A stretch of 64,000 bases of DNA from Candidatus Poribacteria bacterium (GTDB lineage: Bacteria; Poribacteria; WGA-4E; WGA-3G). The notes under the pieces were generated by a model that worked only from the letters and a program-made list of their open reading frames with translations, had not been told where the DNA came from and ran no database searches. This document shows, in pieces, positions 50,610-60,187 of the stretch. Made by a program: the position numbers and the translations under genes. The stretch lies in contig CAXXUA010000005.1 in assembly GCA_963663765.2 (NCBI GenBank), positions 256,001-320,000 on the forward strand, given 5' to 3'. The stretch's first letter is position 1, and each line of letters opens with the position of its first letter.

Positions 50610-51815
50610 ATGCAAAGCAATGATAAGATGTTTGATCCACAATGGAAAACACGGGTAAAAACTCAGCACACAGTAGCAGGTATCCGCACATGGCATGTGA
50701 ACTTGAATCCGCGTGCAATGTCTACCCTTGGTTTCGCAAAAGGCGAAATTCCGGGTCAGGTATCACCTAAGAATGTCCATGTCGACTGGCGTGGTCCCTT
50801 TGCTGCACAAGCAGGTGCATTAATTGTAGAAATCACTACGAACAAAGGATTAAAAGGCTACGGTCTTGGTGGCGGTGGACTCGCTGGTGCAATGATTATT
50901 GAGAAACATCTGCAACATTTCGTGGTCGGACAGAACCCTATGGACGTAGAGGAAATTTGGGAACATCTGTATCATATTACCTCAATTTATGGACGACGCG
51001 GACTTGTGATTTACGCATTGAGCGGCATTGAACTTGCACTTGTTGACTTGTGTGGTAAGATTTTAGATGCTCCAGTCTATAGTCTTTTTACGGATTCACC
51101 GTGTCACCAAATACCTGCTTATGCAACGGGTGCTGATATTGGCTACTATGTTGACAATGGGTTCACTGCCTGCAAACTTCCTCTCAGGAATGGACTTGCA
51201 GAAGGAGAGGAAGGTTTTGTTCAGAATCTTGAGATGATCCATACAGCCCGCGATACAATCGGTCCCAATGTTGAACTGATGACTGATATCTATCTCCGAT
51301 GGGATGTGGATTATACGATACGTTTTGCAGAGGAAACGAAGGATTTAAATCTCAAATGGATTGAAGAACCTATACACCTTGATGACTATGCTGGTATGGC
51401 ACAATTGGTGCGTGAAATAGAACCAACATGGATTGTTTCAGGGGAGCATGAATTTACGCGATACGGATTTCGGGAACTCTTACGATGGAAGGCTGCAGAT
51501 ATGATACAACCGGATGTGAGTTGGGCTGGTGGTTTTACGGAATGTTTGCGGATCGCACACGAAGCAGCTGAACTCGGTATCTCAACTTGGCTACATCAAG
51601 CAGGAACACCGTGGGGACTGCATCTCACCGCTTGTTTGCCGATGCGTTGCATGGCAGAGACGTTCGGTCCGTCCCGCGATGGCAATGAAAATGAACTGTA
51701 TGACCGTTTACGTCCTTCTCCACAAAATGGATATTTCACTCTCAATGATGCACCGGGATTTGGCATTGACATTGATGAGCCATTACTGGACGCGTATTCT
51801 GTTGATCAGTTGTAG
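50610..51815 (+). CDS. Mandelate racemase/enolase-superfamily acid-sugar dehydratase (L-rhamnonate dehydratase-like)
   Basis: 'YGRRG....ALSG', 'PAYATG', 'LMTD', 'WIEEP', 'GEHEFT', 'QPDV.W.GG'. Confidence 0.82.
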   Translation: MQSNDKMFDPQWKTRVKTQHTVAGIRTWHVNLNPRAMSTLGFAKGEIPGQVSPKNVHVDWRGPFAAQAGALIVEITTNKGLKGYGLGGGGLAGAMIIEKHLQHFVVGQNPMDVEEIWEHLYHITSIYGRRGLVIYALSGIELALVDLCGKILDAPVYSLFTDSPCHQIPAYATGADIGYYVDNGFTACKLPLRNGLAEGEEGFVQNLEMIHTARDTIGPNVELMTDIYLRWDVDYTIRFAEETKDLNLKWIEEPIHLDDYAGMAQLVREIEPTWIVSGEHEFTRYGFRELLRWKAADMIQPDVSWAGGFTECLRIAHEAAELGISTWLHQAGTPWGLHLTACLPMRCMAETFGPSRDGNENELYDRLRPSPQNGYFTLNDAPGFGIDIDEPLLDAYSVDQL

Positions 51816-51969
51816 TATTCTATCGGTTTAACTTAGTGAGATTCGCACGGTTTCAATTACTCACTTTCCAATGGTTCTGATTCTAACATCAGATTTTTAT
51901 TGAAAGATAATAAAGGAACTGTTATCCTGAAATCATCCGATAAGTTGAAAATAAAGAGGTAAACTTGTT

Positions 51970-52809
51970 ATGCATATTTTGTTCACAAACAGAACCAACA
52001 GCTACGCTAAAATATCACTCTATTATATCGTTTTGATTTTCTTGTCTGCGTTAGTTTTAGATGTCAACGCTGTTCCATTAAAACCAGATGCATATTGGAA
52101 TTTTGAAGACGGTACTGCAAGAGATAGCTCAAGCAGAAGGTTACATGGCACTTTAATTGGAGATCCAAATTCAGTTGATGGTCTCGCCGGGAACGCATTG
52201 AAGTTTGTCAGAGGTCAAGGTATCAAAATCCCAGATTCACGTGGGATCAATACCGGCGGTCCATTTCGCAACCGCACCGTCGGTGTCCTGTTTTACTGTG
52301 ACAATGTTACGAAAACACAGAAGCAAGTACTTTTTGAAGCGGGGGGTGCAACGAAAGGTTTGGTCTTATATGTCCATAAAAGTAGGATCTACGTTGGTGC
52401 TTGGAATATACCGCTTTTCAACTGGAACGGTTCATTCCTCGATGAAGACATTATGTCCAAAAAATGGTACTACGTAGCATTAGTCATACGCAACGGGACG
52501 AATAAAGTGGAATCCAACAAATTTGAGATGTGGATGGACGGCGAACTTGTTGGGAAAGCAAAAGGCGCATATCTTCAAGCACACGGACAGGATATAGGTA
52601 TCGCACATGTCAGTCAACATACAAAGTACCACGATGACACCGGTAAAGGACGAGATGTAGATTGGTTTGAAGGTCTCATTGATGAAATCGTTATTTATAA
52701 TAGGGCTTTAAATGCATCAAATTTATCGGTACTGATGAATCCGCTCAACGTTGAACCGCAAGGAAAATTCACGACTACCTGGGCAAATTTGAAAGCAGGT
52801 TATCGTTAA
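51970..52809 (+). CDS. Secreted LamG-like jellyroll domain protein
   Basis: 'YWNFEDG', 'WYYVA', 'MWMDG', 'FEGLIDEI.IYNRAL'; C-terminal 'VEPQGKFTTTWANLK'. Confidence 0.85.
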   Translation: MHILFTNRTNSYAKISLYYIVLIFLSALVLDVNAVPLKPDAYWNFEDGTARDSSSRRLHGTLIGDPNSVDGLAGNALKFVRGQGIKIPDSRGINTGGPFRNRTVGVLFYCDNVTKTQKQVLFEAGGATKGLVLYVHKSRIYVGAWNIPLFNWNGSFLDEDIMSKKWYYVALVIRNGTNKVESNKFEMWMDGELVGKAKGAYLQAHGQDIGIAHVSQHTKYHDDTGKGRDVDWFEGLIDEIVIYNRALNASNLSVLMNPLNVEPQGKFTTTWANLKAGYR

Positions 52810-52840
52810 GTAAAAGGACGATTTCTCTTTTTCGTTGATT

Positions 52841-53249
52841 CTAAACTTCAGTACTTCCTTCGTTCTGCATTGGGTCTTCTTCAGTGAGTTCTGCATTCGG
52901 TAATTCATAGTAAAGGTGTCCGTTTATGTCGTAGACATTCGGAATACCTTTTTTTGCGGTTTTCTTCTTGTGTTTTTTGGCAGTCCGATCTTACTTCAGT
53001 GATCGCTTGTTTTATATCTGCTTGAGATTCTTCTTCATTCACTTTTGGCACTTTCTCCCAAATTCTATCCAACACAGAAAAGGCTTCTTATCGCTGTTTT
53101 ATCAACCGATCATAGATTTCAATTGGAACGATCGCAGCAAGTGGTTTGTCAGCATGTTTAACTATCAACCGATCACCGTTGTGGTACACACCATCAAGAA
53201 ATTCATTAAGTTTCCGTTGTAGATCAATTTCAGAAACTTCCTTTCTCAT
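52841..53249 (-). pseudogene. Decayed Phd/YefM-like antitoxin followed by a remnant of a second small gene
   Basis: AGGAGA RBS and ATG at 53249; with frameshifts reads 'LNEFLDGVYHNGDRLIVKHADKPLAAIVPIE', then 'GIPNVYDINGHLYYELPN'. Confidence 0.55.
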
Positions 53250-53325
53250 TGTTATCTCCTATTTAGGTTTAATTTTTTAGTAAATCAAAAAAATAAAAAT
53301 GTGTCAAGTATTTTTTCTGACCAAC

Positions 53326-53459
53326 GGGTGTTTATAAATTATGTACATTACATATTTTTTTATTCGTTATGTGACTGTGCTTTTTGACTTGTAATATTGC
53401 TGTATGGATTTTCATAGTTATATTATACATTAATTTCTACACAAAAACTTTACACACCC
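53326..53459. mobile_element. Degenerate MITE with an IS256-like right end
   Basis: AAAACTTTACACACCC at the right end; weak GGGTGTTTATAAA at the left end. Confidence 0.35.
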
Positions 53460-53475
53460 CAAATCTACCATAAAC

Positions 53476-53504
53476 TTGAAAAATCGCAATTACCGTGTTA
53501 TAAT
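53476..53504 (+). promoter_or_regulatory. Sigma70 promoter of the ECF sigma operon
   Basis: TTGAAA-17 nt-TATAAT. Confidence 0.6.
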
Positions 53505-53607
53505 CTTGTTAAATTCCTGCAGTAAAAACCAAAAAACGAAAATTAAATGAAGAAATAATAATTACAATACAACTAAATCAATAACATCTACGTAAGGTGA
53601 ACTTTAT

Positions 53608-54165
53608 ATGATTCCAGATGATGTTTATGTGCACAAAACAGTAAATGGCGATGTTGAGGCGTTCAACGAATTAGTTAACCGCCATCACGCCAAAATATAC
53701 GGGTTAGCATACCGAATGCTGAGCAATTCTGAAGATGCAGAAGATGCTACGCAAGAAACTTTTTTAGAGGCTTACAAATCAATAAAATCGTTTCGATTCC
53801 AATCGCAATTCGGAACTTGGTTGTACAGTATCGGATTAAATACCTGCAACCAGTACATCCGTAAAGCTAAGTCTCGCAACCGAGTGTTGGAAGCGTACAC
53901 GGAAGAAACAGCATCACGCGGCATGGTTGAAGAACGGAATGTTCCAGAACGGGTAGCGATAAAGACTGAACAGAGCCAAGTGGTTCAAGCTGCTATTGAC
54001 CGCCTACCCCCAAAACAACGTGAAGTCATAACGCTTTATTATATGCAACATCTCAAATACAAAGAGATAGCCGAAGTCCTAAACATTTCCCTCGGTACCG
54101 TTGCCTCAAGGTTAAATAAAGCAACCCAAAACCTAAAAACGAAGTTGGAAAAATACTACTTGTAA
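53608..54165 (+). CDS. ECF RNA polymerase sigma factor
   Basis: 'DAEDATQETF', 'F.TWLY.I..N', 'LP..QR.V..L', 'EIAE.L....GTV.SRL'. Confidence 0.92.
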   Translation: MIPDDVYVHKTVNGDVEAFNELVNRHHAKIYGLAYRMLSNSEDAEDATQETFLEAYKSIKSFRFQSQFGTWLYSIGLNTCNQYIRKAKSRNRVLEAYTEETASRGMVEERNVPERVAIKTEQSQVVQAAIDRLPPKQREVITLYYMQHLKYKEIAEVLNISLGTVASRLNKATQNLKTKLEKYYL

Positions 54166-54201
54166 ACAATTTTGTGTGTAACTTGAACATATTATTACCT
54201 T

Positions 54202-54909
54202 ATGAAAGCGAGGATTGTTAAAATGAATTGTGAACAGACTCGTGAGAACTTGGTCTTACATCGACAAGGTAACATGCTGACAGGAACGAAACGGCGGAAC
54301 TTTTTACAACATCTGCGCGGCTGCAAGGCATGCCAAATGGAATATGAAGGTTTATGGCATACTGCATCGTTGCTCGGAAGCCTTGAAGCACCAATACCGC
54401 CACCCGATTTGCTCGGGAAAATTCAGAACCAAATTCGGGAAGTCCATAAGCAATCTAAAACCGCCTTCTTTGCAAATCCAATCTCATGGCTTTTACAGAA
54501 GTTCAAAATCGAACTTTCCCCACAGTTTGTAAACAGTATTGCATTACTTTGCTACTTGACTACGTCTATCTTTTTAGTGAAGATAGCATTTTTTACAGAG
54601 GCACCGACAGAAAATTTCGGTTTGACAGCAACCGCATTTGAAGCGACACGTGCAAAGTATGCACGCGTTTCACCATCACCGTGGGGAACGTTAAAATATC
54701 AATACACGAAAATAGATAGTCCGATGCTGTCAAACGTTCTTAGCGAGAAAAGTATTAGTATGCCAAACCAATTCGTTGATATTGAAACATCGGGGATTTG
54801 GTATCCCCACGCGATCAATACTAACACCAAAACCATTGATGCTCACATACCAAACATTACAAACCAGAAACTTGCACTATTTTGGAGTGACATCAAAACA
54901 GATCTATAA
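54202..54909 (+). CDS. Zinc-binding anti-sigma factor
   Basis: HxxxCxxC 'HLRGCKAC' followed by a TM segment; immediately after the ECF sigma gene. Confidence 0.8.
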   Translation: MKARIVKMNCEQTRENLVLHRQGNMLTGTKRRNFLQHLRGCKACQMEYEGLWHTASLLGSLEAPIPPPDLLGKIQNQIREVHKQSKTAFFANPISWLLQKFKIELSPQFVNSIALLCYLTTSIFLVKIAFFTEAPTENFGLTATAFEATRAKYARVSPSPWGTLKYQYTKIDSPMLSNVLSEKSISMPNQFVDIETSGIWYPHAINTNTKTIDAHIPNITNQKLALFWSDIKTDL

Positions 54910-54985
54910 GGGAGAGAATATATCTGTCATAACGTTCAAATATAGGCAATCGGAATATTCCTAATCACATCTGTTTAGTAAGAGT

Positions 54986-55016
54986 AAGAGGCACAATACG
55001 TTGTGCCTCTTTTTTT
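54986..55016 (+). terminator. Intrinsic terminator
   Basis: AAGAGGCACAA-TACG-TTGTGCCTCTT plus a T-run. Confidence 0.85.
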
Positions 55017-55079
55017 GTTAATACTACAGCAAACTCACATAAAAATACAAAAACAATTAACATAAAGTAAAAATATTTG

Positions 55080-55108
55080 TTGCTAAAATTCATAACATGC
55101 GTTATAAT
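55080..55108 (+). promoter_or_regulatory. Sigma70 promoter of the orphan-dnaE run
   Basis: TTGCTA-17 nt-TATAAT. Confidence 0.6.
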
Positions 55109-55150
55109 TAATTAACAATACAAAATTTTATCGTAAGGTTGTGATTTTTA

Positions 55151-55381
55151 ATGTCAATTAAACGGGAAGAATATCAGGAAAAAGTTGAGATAGCAACAGA
55201 TCAAATTGTCCGCCTCAACGGTAAACAAGATAGAAATGACCATCTTTGGTGGAGTTTGCTCTCTGAAAAAATGCTAATAATATCCCGACATGTCAACCGG
55301 AATGACCCCGATCTCCCTAAGGCACTCATCGAAGTTGCCGCATGGATAGAATTATGGGTGTGTTCAAAAGATACTTTTTAG
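55151..55381 (+). CDS. Hypothetical protein, possibly a degenerate MazG-like helical fold
   Basis: 'WWSLLSE...ALIEVAAWIELW' resembles the phage MazG-like pattern. Confidence 0.5.
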   Translation: MSIKREEYQEKVEIATDQIVRLNGKQDRNDHLWWSLLSEKMLIISRHVNRNDPDLPKALIEVAAWIELWVCSKDTF

Positions 55382-55394
55382 GAGCAAAGCACAC

Positions 55395-56000
55395 ATGATA
55401 CAACTTGAACAATGCCCTAAGTGCTTTCGAAAAGTCTATCCAGGCACACGGAACGGCAAAAGATACTTTTACGACTATTATGTCAACGTGAAAGGTGAAA
55501 TAGAGTCATCTAACTCCCATTTTGAGACCTGTCCCTGGGGAACGCAACGAGACCCGTTTGCCGATGGAACAACAATCATCACAGATTATGCCGATATACT
55601 TGATGAACTCCAGATGATCTGGAAACTTGATTGTACCGTGCTTGAACCGAAACAACCAATAAAATGGAACGCGGTAGACATATATTACGAACAACCGCCA
55701 ATCAAGCATCTCAATCCGATCACCTTCATGCTTACAAAACTCGGAGGTCCATACCCACGGAAAAACCGCACAGAACTTATCAAATGTTTTACCGGCACCG
55801 TCGTTAGTAAAAAAAGAACTGTTGTCGCACTCATGGCAGAAAGAGAACTGTTTGATAAAATACATGATTTTCTCTATCAATACCACAGCCGTAATTGTAA
55901 CAAGAACCCTCTCAAACAGGTAATCATCACAGGATACCGCATCCTACTGGATACGACCGTCATGTCTCAACAAAAGAAGGAATCTCATTATGCCGTCTGA
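55395..56000 (+). CDS. Hypothetical protein with an N-terminal CxxC...HxxxC zinc finger
   Basis: AGGAG RBS; 'CPKC' and 'SHFETC'. Confidence 0.6.
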   Translation: MIQLEQCPKCFRKVYPGTRNGKRYFYDYYVNVKGEIESSNSHFETCPWGTQRDPFADGTTIITDYADILDELQMIWKLDCTVLEPKQPIKWNAVDIYYEQPPIKHLNPITFMLTKLGGPYPRKNRTELIKCFTGTVVSKKRTVVALMAERELFDKIHDFLYQYHSRNCNKNPLKQVIITGYRILLDTTVMSQQKKESHYAV

Positions 56001-56223
56001 TAACAACATGATTTCAGATTACCACTTCAACGAACTTCAACAGGCAAATCAACTTCTCGCCCAAAATTGGAATATCCTTGTGAAAATGCGTGCCAATGGT
56101 GGATTAGGGGATATTAGCCGTCTTATTAAAGCAGAGATGGCATATTTCCATTCGCTACAATTTGTCATAAATGCCGCTGAAAACTGTATAAATGAGGAAG
56201 AAAGAAAACGAAGAGAAACGTGA
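55990..56223 (+). CDS. Hypothetical helical protein
   Basis: AAGGA RBS; overlaps the previous ORF and ends 9 nt before dnaE. Confidence 0.55.
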   Translation: MPSDNNMISDYHFNELQQANQLLAQNWNILVKMRANGGLGDISRLIKAEMAYFHSLQFVINAAENCINEEERKRRET

Positions 56224-56232
56224 TTTGAAACT

Positions 56233-59200
56233 ATGTCTGCAGAATTTGTTCATCTACACAACCATAGCGAATATAGCATGCTTGACAGCGTATGCCGCAT
56301 TCCAGAGATGATCCAGTGGGCAGTGGAGAATAGCACACCTGCTCTCGCACTTACCGACCACGGCAACATGTTCGGCGCATGGGAATTTTATACCGAAGCA
56401 CAAAACGCAGGAGTCAATCCTATTGTCGGTTGTGAGGTATATGTCACCCCAGGTGATCGCAGAAGACACATTGAAAGCCAAGGCGAACCTTACCATTTGA
56501 CTCTCCTTGCGGAAAATGCAACAGGCTACCGAAACCTGATGAAACTTGTATCACTCGGATACACAGAAGGGTTCTACAACAAGCCGCGTATTGACATGGA
56601 AATTTTGCGTGAATACCGTGAAGGTATTATCACACTCACCGGATGTATACAAGGACAGCTGCCGCGTCTACTTGCATCAAATAGGCGTGAGGAGGGAATT
56701 CGCAATTTCAAAACACTGATTGATATAATGGGGAAACGAAACCTTTATGTTGAACTGCAAAACCACTATATTGACAAACAACTTAAGACGTATCCAATAA
56801 TGGCAAATTTAGCAAAAGAGTTGGAGATACCTATCGTCGGGACAAACAACTGCCATTATATCCATAAATCTGACCACCGACTACACAACATACTGCTCTG
56901 TATACAAACAAAAACCACCGTTAAGGACCCACACCGACCACGACTCAATAAACATCTCTATTTTAAAACCGATAACGAAATGCGCGAAGCACTTGCGAAT
57001 TATCCACCTGAAGCTATCAGTAACACCCTTGAAATCGAAAACCGGTGTCAGCTCAAGTTGGATTACGGCACGTTTGTGATGCCGAAATATGATGTCCCAG
57101 ATGGATGCACGAATGACAGCTATCTAAAGCACCTCTGCTATCAAGGGTTATACGAAAAATTGGGCGGAGAACTATCCACAGATGTTCGGAAACGACTGGA
57201 TTACGAACTGGACATTATTCGCAAGACCGGCTACGCAGGCTATTTCCTGATTGTGTGGGACTACGTCAAATACGCAAATAAACAAGGCTATCCGCTCTCT
57301 GCGCGCGGCTCCGCTGCCAGCAGTCTTGCGCTTTATGCCCTCAATGTAATTAGCTTCAATCCAATGGACTATGACTGTATGTTTGAGCGGTTTTTGAACC
57401 TTGAACGAGTCAGTCCACCCGACATTGATATTGATTTCGCAGACCGCGCACGCGACTACGTCATCAAATACCTTGTTAATAAATACGGACACGATTCTGT
57501 CGGGAAAGTCGCGACTTTTTCTACCTTAGGTCCAAAGGCTGCTATCACCGATGTCGGACGCGCACTTGAAATACCCCTGGAAAATGTCAGAAAATTGACG
57601 AAACTGATCCCAGGAACACCAAATATCACACTTGAGAGAGTATTAGAACTCATACCAGAACTAAAGGAACTCACAGACCTATCTGAATATAAGGAACTTA
57701 TTGATATTAGCAAAGCAATTGTCGGCATGAAAAGACATGTCTCCTGTCACGCTTCTGCCATCGTCGTTTCAAACGGTCCCCTCACCGATTATGTGCCACT
57801 CTTCAAAGATAAACACGGGCAAGTCGCAACACAGTTTGAAGCCACAACCGTTGAAGATGTCGGACTTCTCAAATTTGATACACTCGGATTGCGAAGTCTC
57901 ACGAAAACACACGATTGTATTGAAATGGCAAGAGAAAATCGTGGGGAAAACATAAAACTAACAGACATTCCCTTTGACAATGATGAAACCTATTCACTCG
58001 TCAGAGAAGGATTGGTTCAAGGTTTGTTTCAATTGGAAACTTCACCCGGCATGTACAGGGTCGTGAGAGAACTCAAAGCAGAAAACTTTGAGGATTTTTC
58101 CGCAATTGCCGCACTTTATCGTCCAGGACCATTGGAAAGCGGAACAACAAGACAGTTCATCGCACGAAAAAACGGATTGCAAAAAGTGGAATATGCACAC
58201 CCATCACTCAAAAACGCACTCAAAAACACTTATGGACTTTGCGTTTATCAGGAACAGGTCATGCAAATTGCACGCGATATGGCAGGTTTTTCACTCGGTG
58301 AAGCGGACATACTCAGACGCGCAATGGGAAAACGGGATGACGGTCTGCTAAGAACACAACGCCATAAATTCATAGACGGGGCAACACAAAACGGTATACC
58401 CAAAAAAGACTCTGAGAAGGTTTTCGACCTATTAGAACCCTTCGGCGGCTACGCATTCAACAAATCCCATTCTGTCGCATTCTCAATCGTCACATACCGA
58501 ATGGCATATCTAAAAACACATTATCCTTGTGAATTTATGGCTGCTATCATGACAGGAGAAGCAGACGATGCTGCTAAACTCATCGTTTACCGTGAAGAAT
58601 GCAAAAAACTGGAGAACTTTCTGGGTGTAAAAATCAACCTACTGCCACCAGATATAAACATCAGCGAAAAGTTTTTCACTGTAAAAGGAGATAATATCTG
58701 TTTCGGACTTATCGCCATCAAGCACATCGGAGATAAGGCTATACAAGCAATCGTCGAAGCACGAGAACAGGGCGGCAAATTCACATCACTACAAGATTTC
58801 TGTGAACGTGTAGACACACGCAAAGCTAACAAACGTACAATAGAGAGCCTTATTCTGTGCGGAGCGTTTGACTCACTCCAAGAACATAGAGCAATGCTAA
58901 TCACTAACTTACATAAAATCTTGAAAGCCGCAAAAATTGAAAGAGCAAGACGTGAACGCGGACAATTATATCTCTTCCCAGACGCAGGCAAGATACCCCT
59001 CACACAAACACCAGAATACCCACCGTCCACACGCTATCAGATGGAAAAACAACTACTCGGGTTTTATGTCTCTGGACATCCACTACAAGAATATAGAGAT
59101 ATTCTCGAAAACTACACAAACGCAGACTCCGAAACACTTAATAAACTTCCTAATGAAACTGAAGTCTCTATCGTAGGGATAATCACGCACGTAAAAAAAC

Positions 59201-59682
59201 GAATCACACCCAAAGGCAATGTTATGGCACTCCTGTCAGCAGAAGACCAAAAAAAGTCTATGAAAATTGCTGTTTTACCAGATTTATATAAGAAAACAGG
59301 AGAACTCCGTAGTGGAAACATTGTATGGATCAACGGAATAATCAAAAACAAAACAACAGGATTAGAACATCCACTCATACAGGCAGTTGACATCATAGAT
59401 ATAGATGCCGTCCCTGATATACTCACATCTGCCGCTGAAGTGACAATAAAAGAACCCGATCTCAGCAACCCTGACAAACTGAAAACGCTAAAAGAAATTG
59501 CACTTGCCAACAGAGGCGAACTACATCTAATCTTACGCTTGAAAAGTCCACGTTACGGAGAAGTCATTGTACAATGCGGCGCCAACTATAAAATAGCCGA
59601 TAAGGATTCCGTTTTCAAACAGGTAGAATGGTTGTTCGGTGTTAACTGCATCAAAAGAAGCAACCGCACAAAAATAGCATAA
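56233..59682 (+). CDS. dnaE: DNA polymerase III alpha subunit
   Basis: PHP 'HLHNHSEYS', 'TDHG'; 'RGSAA', 'PDIDIDF', 'KFDTLGL', 'YAFNKSH'; clamp motif 'QLYLF'; OB fold. Confidence 0.95.
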   Translation: MSAEFVHLHNHSEYSMLDSVCRIPEMIQWAVENSTPALALTDHGNMFGAWEFYTEAQNAGVNPIVGCEVYVTPGDRRRHIESQGEPYHLTLLAENATGYRNLMKLVSLGYTEGFYNKPRIDMEILREYREGIITLTGCIQGQLPRLLASNRREEGIRNFKTLIDIMGKRNLYVELQNHYIDKQLKTYPIMANLAKELEIPIVGTNNCHYIHKSDHRLHNILLCIQTKTTVKDPHRPRLNKHLYFKTDNEMREALANYPPEAISNTLEIENRCQLKLDYGTFVMPKYDVPDGCTNDSYLKHLCYQGLYEKLGGELSTDVRKRLDYELDIIRKTGYAGYFLIVWDYVKYANKQGYPLSARGSAASSLALYALNVISFNPMDYDCMFERFLNLERVSPPDIDIDFADRARDYVIKYLVNKYGHDSVGKVATFSTLGPKAAITDVGRALEIPLENVRKLTKLIPGTPNITLERVLELIPELKELTDLSEYKELIDISKAIVGMKRHVSCHASAIVVSNGPLTDYVPLFKDKHGQVATQFEATTVEDVGLLKFDTLGLRSLTKTHDCIEMARENRGENIKLTDIPFDNDETYSLVREGLVQGLFQLETSPGMYRVVRELKAENFEDFSAIAALYRPGPLESGTTRQFIARKNGLQKVEYAHPSLKNALKNTYGLCVYQEQVMQIARDMAGFSLGEADILRRAMGKRDDGLLRTQRHKFIDGATQNGIPKKDSEKVFDLLEPFGGYAFNKSHSVAFSIVTYRMAYLKTHYPCEFMAAIMTGEADDAAKLIVYREECKKLENFLGVKINLLPPDINISEKFFTVKGDNICFGLIAIKHIGDKAIQAIVEAREQGGKFTSLQDFCERVDTRKANKRTIESLILCGAFDSLQEHRAMLITNLHKILKAAKIERARRERGQLYLFPDAGKIPLTQTPEYPPSTRYQMEKQLLGFYVSGHPLQEYRDILENYTNADSETLNKLPNETEVSIVGIITHVKKRITPKGNVMALLSAEDQKKSMKIAVLPDLYKKTGELRSGNIVWINGIIKNKTTGLEHPLIQAVDIIDIDAVPDILTSAAEVTIKEPDLSNPDKLKTLKEIALANRGELHLILRLKSPRYGEVIVQCGANYKIADKDSVFKQVEWLFGVNCIKRSNRTKIA

Positions 59683-59995
59683 ATAGTTTTTCCAATCGGC
59701 ATAAAAATAGGTCTAAAATCAACCCAAATGTTTCAAACTAAAAATAAAAATACAAAATGTTACACTTCACAGAATTATTCTTATTTTCAACAAATAATGC
59801 CTGTAAACCCATACTATGACTGCGTTACATGCCAATTTTTAAATGCTACCAAAAAAATGAATAAAGTGTCCATTTGGTAACATTTAAAAGACGAATCACC
59901 GAATAGAGACACAACAATAAACAAATGAAAAAATACATATAGAGTAACATAAAAAACGACCAAAAAATTGTAATTCACAATAACTTGAAATACTC

Positions 59996-60178
59996 GGGTG
60001 TGTAAAGTTTTGGTTACTGGACGTAGGGGCCGGGTCTCCCCGCCCGAACAGAAGTTTTACGCGGGCGAGGAAACCTCGCCCCTACGATGTCCACAGTTCC
60101 CTAACGTCAAGTAAGCTTTAATAGAAACTGGACGGACTTCTTTTAATATCAGGGTTTCTACAAACACTTTACACACCC
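59996..60178. mobile_element. 183-bp MITE with IS256-like ends carrying a GTAG REP doublet
   Basis: GGGTGTGTAAAGT...ACTTTACACACCC; interior GTAGGGGC...GCCCCTAC. Confidence 0.85.
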
Positions 60179-60187
60179 AATCGATTC

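Noticed and set aside
55151-59682. ImuA-ImuB-DnaE2 mutasome
   Set aside because: The upstream ORFs lack RecA-like and Y-family motifs; DnaE has a clamp-binding motif and a DnaE1-like C-terminus
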